This document shows, one piece after another, positions 59,865 to 64,000 of a stretch of 64,000 nt of DNA. Location of the stretch: NCBI RefSeq assembly GCF_009914755.1, contig NC_060926.1, one strand, 5' to 3'. The notes below the pieces were generated by a model, which saw only the letters and a program-made list of their open reading frames with translations, was not told the origin of the DNA and ran no database searches. The DNA is from the human T2T-CHM13v2.0 reference genome, Homo sapiens. A program made the position numbers and the translations under genes. How positions within the stretch are numbered: the first letter of the stretch is position 1; every line of letters begins with the position of its first letter.

Positions 59865-60400
59865 TCATACTTTTAATTGTCTAAGTAACACAAAGCAAAC
59901 TGGTTTAAGCAAAAAAGAGAATGTACTGGCTCACCTGACTGAAAAGTATACAGCATAGGTTTGGACACTGAGAAGAACAGCTGCTTAGATATTATTATCA
60001 AGGCTAGATCTCCCTTTGCATCTCTCAGCTGTGCTCTCTTCCATGTTGGTTTTATTTCCAAGCTGGTACTCTACCCAATGGTGACCCCCAGAAGCTTGAT
60101 GACCGTATCTTAATAGTTCATGTAAGAAGTAATAACAATGCCTCTTTCTTAATAGTTTCAGCAAAGTTGCCTGAAAAGACTGCCATAGATCTAACTTGGG
60201 TAAATCTATGAACCAATTTCTCTGGAAAGGAGATATAAAATTCTATTCTTGACCGAGAGGGTGGTCACGTGCTTATCCTTAGAATGGCAATAAAGTCAAT
60301 ACGCCCCAGTCACATAAACTGAGAGTTTAATAGCTCTGATTTTCAAAAGGTGAATCAATATCCTTCTAAGAAAAGTTGGAGATTAGAAGCTATTCAATCC
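59865..60400 (-). mobile_element. Old MLT1 (J/K-type) LTR
   Basis: aagtaacacaaagcaaactggtttaagcaaaaaagagaatgtactggctcac. Confidence 0.55.
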
Positions 60401-61034
60401 ACACATATAAAAAACAAAACTGAAACCTTATAAACAAAATCTATCCTCTGTAGTAATCGAACAGGATGCTTAAATAAATCCTTTGCATAGAGTTGTTTAA
60501 GAAATATTTGTTCATTGAATAATAGTGCTTTAATGCTTACTTTTTCTGTATAAAGTTATGTTGTTCTTAAAACTAAAAAGGTTTCTCTTGAAATAATCTA
60601 ATCTTCCTAAATTTTAGAGAGCTCTTTTGATACAAATTTCTAAGGGGAAACCATAAAAATTTCCTCCTAATTTGTCTTCTGCTTCCATATTTTTCTTCTA
60701 CTGACACAATTTTATTGTGTATCTAGTAATTATTGCCAATGCTCTTTCAAAGAGGCTTTCTTACTCCCAGTAAAGATTTTGAGGGCAGGGCTTGAATAAA
60801 GCCATAGAAGGAGCCCCCATGTCCTCAAAAGATCACTGATTTAAGATTTACTTGTACAGCATGAACTCTAGATTATCTGATTTCATACTGAAATTGAAAA
60901 ACAGATTACGCTGAATCATGTACACTGTCTATCCAAGCACCCTTCGTTATCAAAAGTAAAGCTTTGCTGGAATGCTGGCCAGAATGAGGAATACAATGGA
61001 ACCTATAAGTTAAAAGTTAATATATATGTATATA

Positions 61035-62170
61035 TTTTAACTTTATGTTAAGTTCAGGGGTACATGTGCAGGATTTGTAGGTTTGTTAATATGTAAATGT
61101 GTGTCATGGGGGTTTTTTGTACAGATTGTTTTATCACCCAGGTATTACGCCTAGCATCCATTAGTTATTTTTCCTGATTCTCTCTCTTCTCCAACCCTCT
61201 GCCCTCCAATAGGCCCCAGTGTGCATTGTTCCCCTTTATGTGTTCAGGTGTTCTCATTCAGCTTCCACTTATATGTGAGAACATGTGGTATTTAGTTTTC
61301 TGTTCCTGCATTAGTTTGCTAGAGATAATGACCTCTAGAGCCACCCATGTCCCTGCAAAGGACATGATCTTGTTCTTTTTATGACTGCATAGTATTCCAT
61401 TGTATGTATGTGCCACATTTTCTTTATCCAGTCTATAATTGATGGGCATTTAAGTTGATTCCATGTCTTTGCTCTTGTGAATAGTGCTGTAATAAACATA
61501 CACAAGCGTGTGTCTTCATAATAGAATGATTTACCTTCCTTTGGGTATATACTCAGAATAGGATTGCTGGGTTGAATGGTAGTTCTGTTTTTTAAGTCTT
61601 TGAGGAATCACCACACTTTCTTCCACAATGGTTGAACGAATTTACACTCCCACCAACAGTGTAAAATCGTTCCTTTTTCTCCACAAGCTCACCAGCATCT
61701 GTTATTTTTTGACTTTTGGTGTGAGATGGTATCTCATTGCGGTTTTGATTTGCATTTATCTAACGATCAATGATGTTGAGTTTTTTTTCATGTAATTGTT
61801 GGCCACATGTCTGTCTTCTTTTGAGAAGTGTCCTTTCATGTCCTTTGCCCACTTTTTAATGGTTTTATTTTGTAACTTTAAGTTCCTTATAAATGCTGAA
61901 TATTAGACCTTTGTCAGGTGCATAGATTCCAAGTTTTCTCCCTTTTTGTAGGTTATTTGTTCACAGTTTCTTTTGCTGTGCAGAAGCTCTTTAGTTTAAT
62001 TAAATCTCATTTGTCAGTTTTTGTTTCGTTGCAATTGCTTTTAGCATCTTTGTCATGAAATCCTTGCTCATGTCTATGTCCTGAATGGTATTGCCTAGGC
62101 TTTCTTCTGAGGTTTTTATAGTTTTAGGTTTTATATTTAATTCTTTACTCCATCTTGAGTTCATTTTTGC
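61035..62170 (-). mobile_element. L1PA11-13-like 3' portion
   Basis: aagttcaggggtacatgtgcagg...atcacccaggtatta...ccatcttgagttcatttttg. Confidence 0.88.
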
Positions 62171-62775
62171 AAAAGAAAAAAAACACAAAAACCCCATCCA
62201 AATGGCAGCAACCTCGAAGATTGAAGGTAGATAAGCCCACAAAGATGAGAAGGAATCAGCACAAAAATACGGAAGACTCAAAAAGCCAGAGTGCCCACTT
62301 TCCTCCAAATGACTGCGACACCTCTCCAGCAAGGGTTTGGAACTGGGCTGAGGCTGAGATGGCTGAAATGACAGAAGTAGGCTTCAGAATGTGGATTAAA
62401 AACGAACTTCACCGAACTAAAGGAGCACGTTGTAACCCAATGCAAGGAAGCTGAAAATCATGATAAAACAATGCAGGAGCTGAACAGCCAAAATAGCCAG
62501 TATAGATAGAAATGTGACTGACCTGATAGAGCTGAAAAACACACCTCAGCAACTTCACAATTCAATCACAAGTATTAACAGCAGAATAGACCAAGTGGGG
62601 AAAAGAATCTCAGAGCTTGAAGTCTGTCCCCCTGAAATAAGACAGACAAGAATAGAGAAAAAAGACTGAAAAGGAAGGGAAAAAAACTCGCAGAAATATG
62701 AGATTATGTAAAGAGACTGAATCTATGACTGATTAGGGTACCTGAAAAAGATGGGAAGAATGAAACCAATTTGCA
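62171..62775 (+). mobile_element. L1P 5'UTR end and ORF1 start, inverted relative to the adjacent 3' piece
   Basis: gtagataagcccacaaagatgagaaggaatcagcacaaaa reads [22 protein letters not shown] (ORF1 N-terminus). Confidence 0.85.
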
Positions 62776-62899
62776 AATATTTTTAAAACCAAGAGTAAAT
62801 AATATTGGGACCTTGAAATCAGAATTTTAACAAGTCAAATTTTTCTGACCCCCATGAAGCTTCTTCTCACTCAACACTGTGTTTTTTAGTACCTCATCT

Positions 62900-63315
62900 T
62901 CAAGTGTAAACCTTGTTTCACTTAAACCAATCCTCACAGCATTAATTCTGCCCTCCAGAACTGGGCATATGAGCTAAATCAGGCTAATGAGATTTTAATC
63001 CAGCTGTTGGCAGGGAGAAGTGCAAAAAGTTTTATCTTTCCTGCTGGATTAGAAGGAAATGAAGAATGGAGTCAAAAATAGTAAGTTGGGTGAGGAAATA
63101 TGAGAAAAATACCGGGTCCTTACTTGAGCACCAAGATCAATTCTCACGTTAAGCAATATTAGTTATGGCAGCATTTGTTTACAATACTAGTTGTACCAGC
63201 ATTGTTGGTTTTACTAGCAACAGTAGCTATATGACCAGGAGCTAATAAATTGCCTTTATTGTTTAGGCCAGATTGAGGTGATTTTCTGTGACTTGCAACT
63301 AAAAATATCCTAAGA
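62900..63315 (+). mobile_element. Old MLT1 (K/L-type) LTR
   Basis: gagctaataaattgcctttattgtttaggccag...ttttctgtgacttgcaactaaaa. Confidence 0.5.
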
Positions 63316-64000
63316 TTTAGGATGCATATTAATACTGATAATTATGTAGAAATCTTTTTTAAGAAAAAAATGAAACCAAAACACAATCAAAGATAAAACT
63401 CTCTATAATATGTCAGTAAACCTGAGTCTTCCAAAAAACTAATTGTTAGATTTTTCGGGGATTTGGGGTTTTTTTTTGTTTTCTTTTAGCTGTAATGTTG
63501 CATTAAAATCATGTCCTGTACTTTTTTGAGGCTCAAATGGATATATAGACTTCATAATAACTAAAGAGTTACCAAAATTCAATTTAATATGGTGTTGAGG
63601 CTAATGAAAGAGTAATTCAACTGTGCTAAGAACACCCTAGACCATTTCGACGTGTCTGGCCACTAATCCTACTTCATTTACATGCAGTGAGGGTAAATTT
63701 AGGCCAAGTCTCCATGGACAAGACAAAGAAGAAAATCAGGTCTGTTCCCCAGATAATTCAGATAGCAAATTCATCTGCTCAGGGAATGACCTAATTCCCC
63801 TCAATTCACTGGTCAGTTGCCTCCAATGGGTGGTTTGTTTGATGAGCAGGAATCCTGCTTATCACCATGCCCTGTCCAAAGAGGAAGTGGAAAAGCACAA
63901 CCCTTTCTCTTCTCCTCACTTTTACTCTCTCTACGTTTCCAGACTCATCATGTTCTATTTATAATCCCATGCCACCTTCTTACATGAATAGAAGCTGAAA

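Overview
This is AT-rich, repeat-dense primate (human-like) non-coding DNA, either intergenic or deep intronic. I found no convincing host exon, RNA gene or CRISPR array. The long ORFs are L1 ORF2 remnants or chance frames in GC-rich LTR and L1 5'UTR sequence. Content includes a 5'-truncated young L1PA with an exact 15-bp TSD, a near full-length L1PA8-like element carrying a MER9 solo LTR, an LTR12C solo LTR, a complete MLT1A MaLR provirus, an LTR16A/ERVL pol relic, Tigger1, HSMAR2, MER82, MER58A, MER20, four Alus and many MIR/L2/L1M pieces. The main unexplained structure is an apparent ~25.7-kb inversion (~30,130-55,880). Four fossils (Tigger1, its host L1MA, that element's host L2, and a separate old L1M) each continue at the far breakpoint in the opposite orientation. 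Family names come from my recall of consensus sequences, not a database search, so subfamily calls and old-element boundaries are approximate. I see no evidence of a novel protein-coding system.
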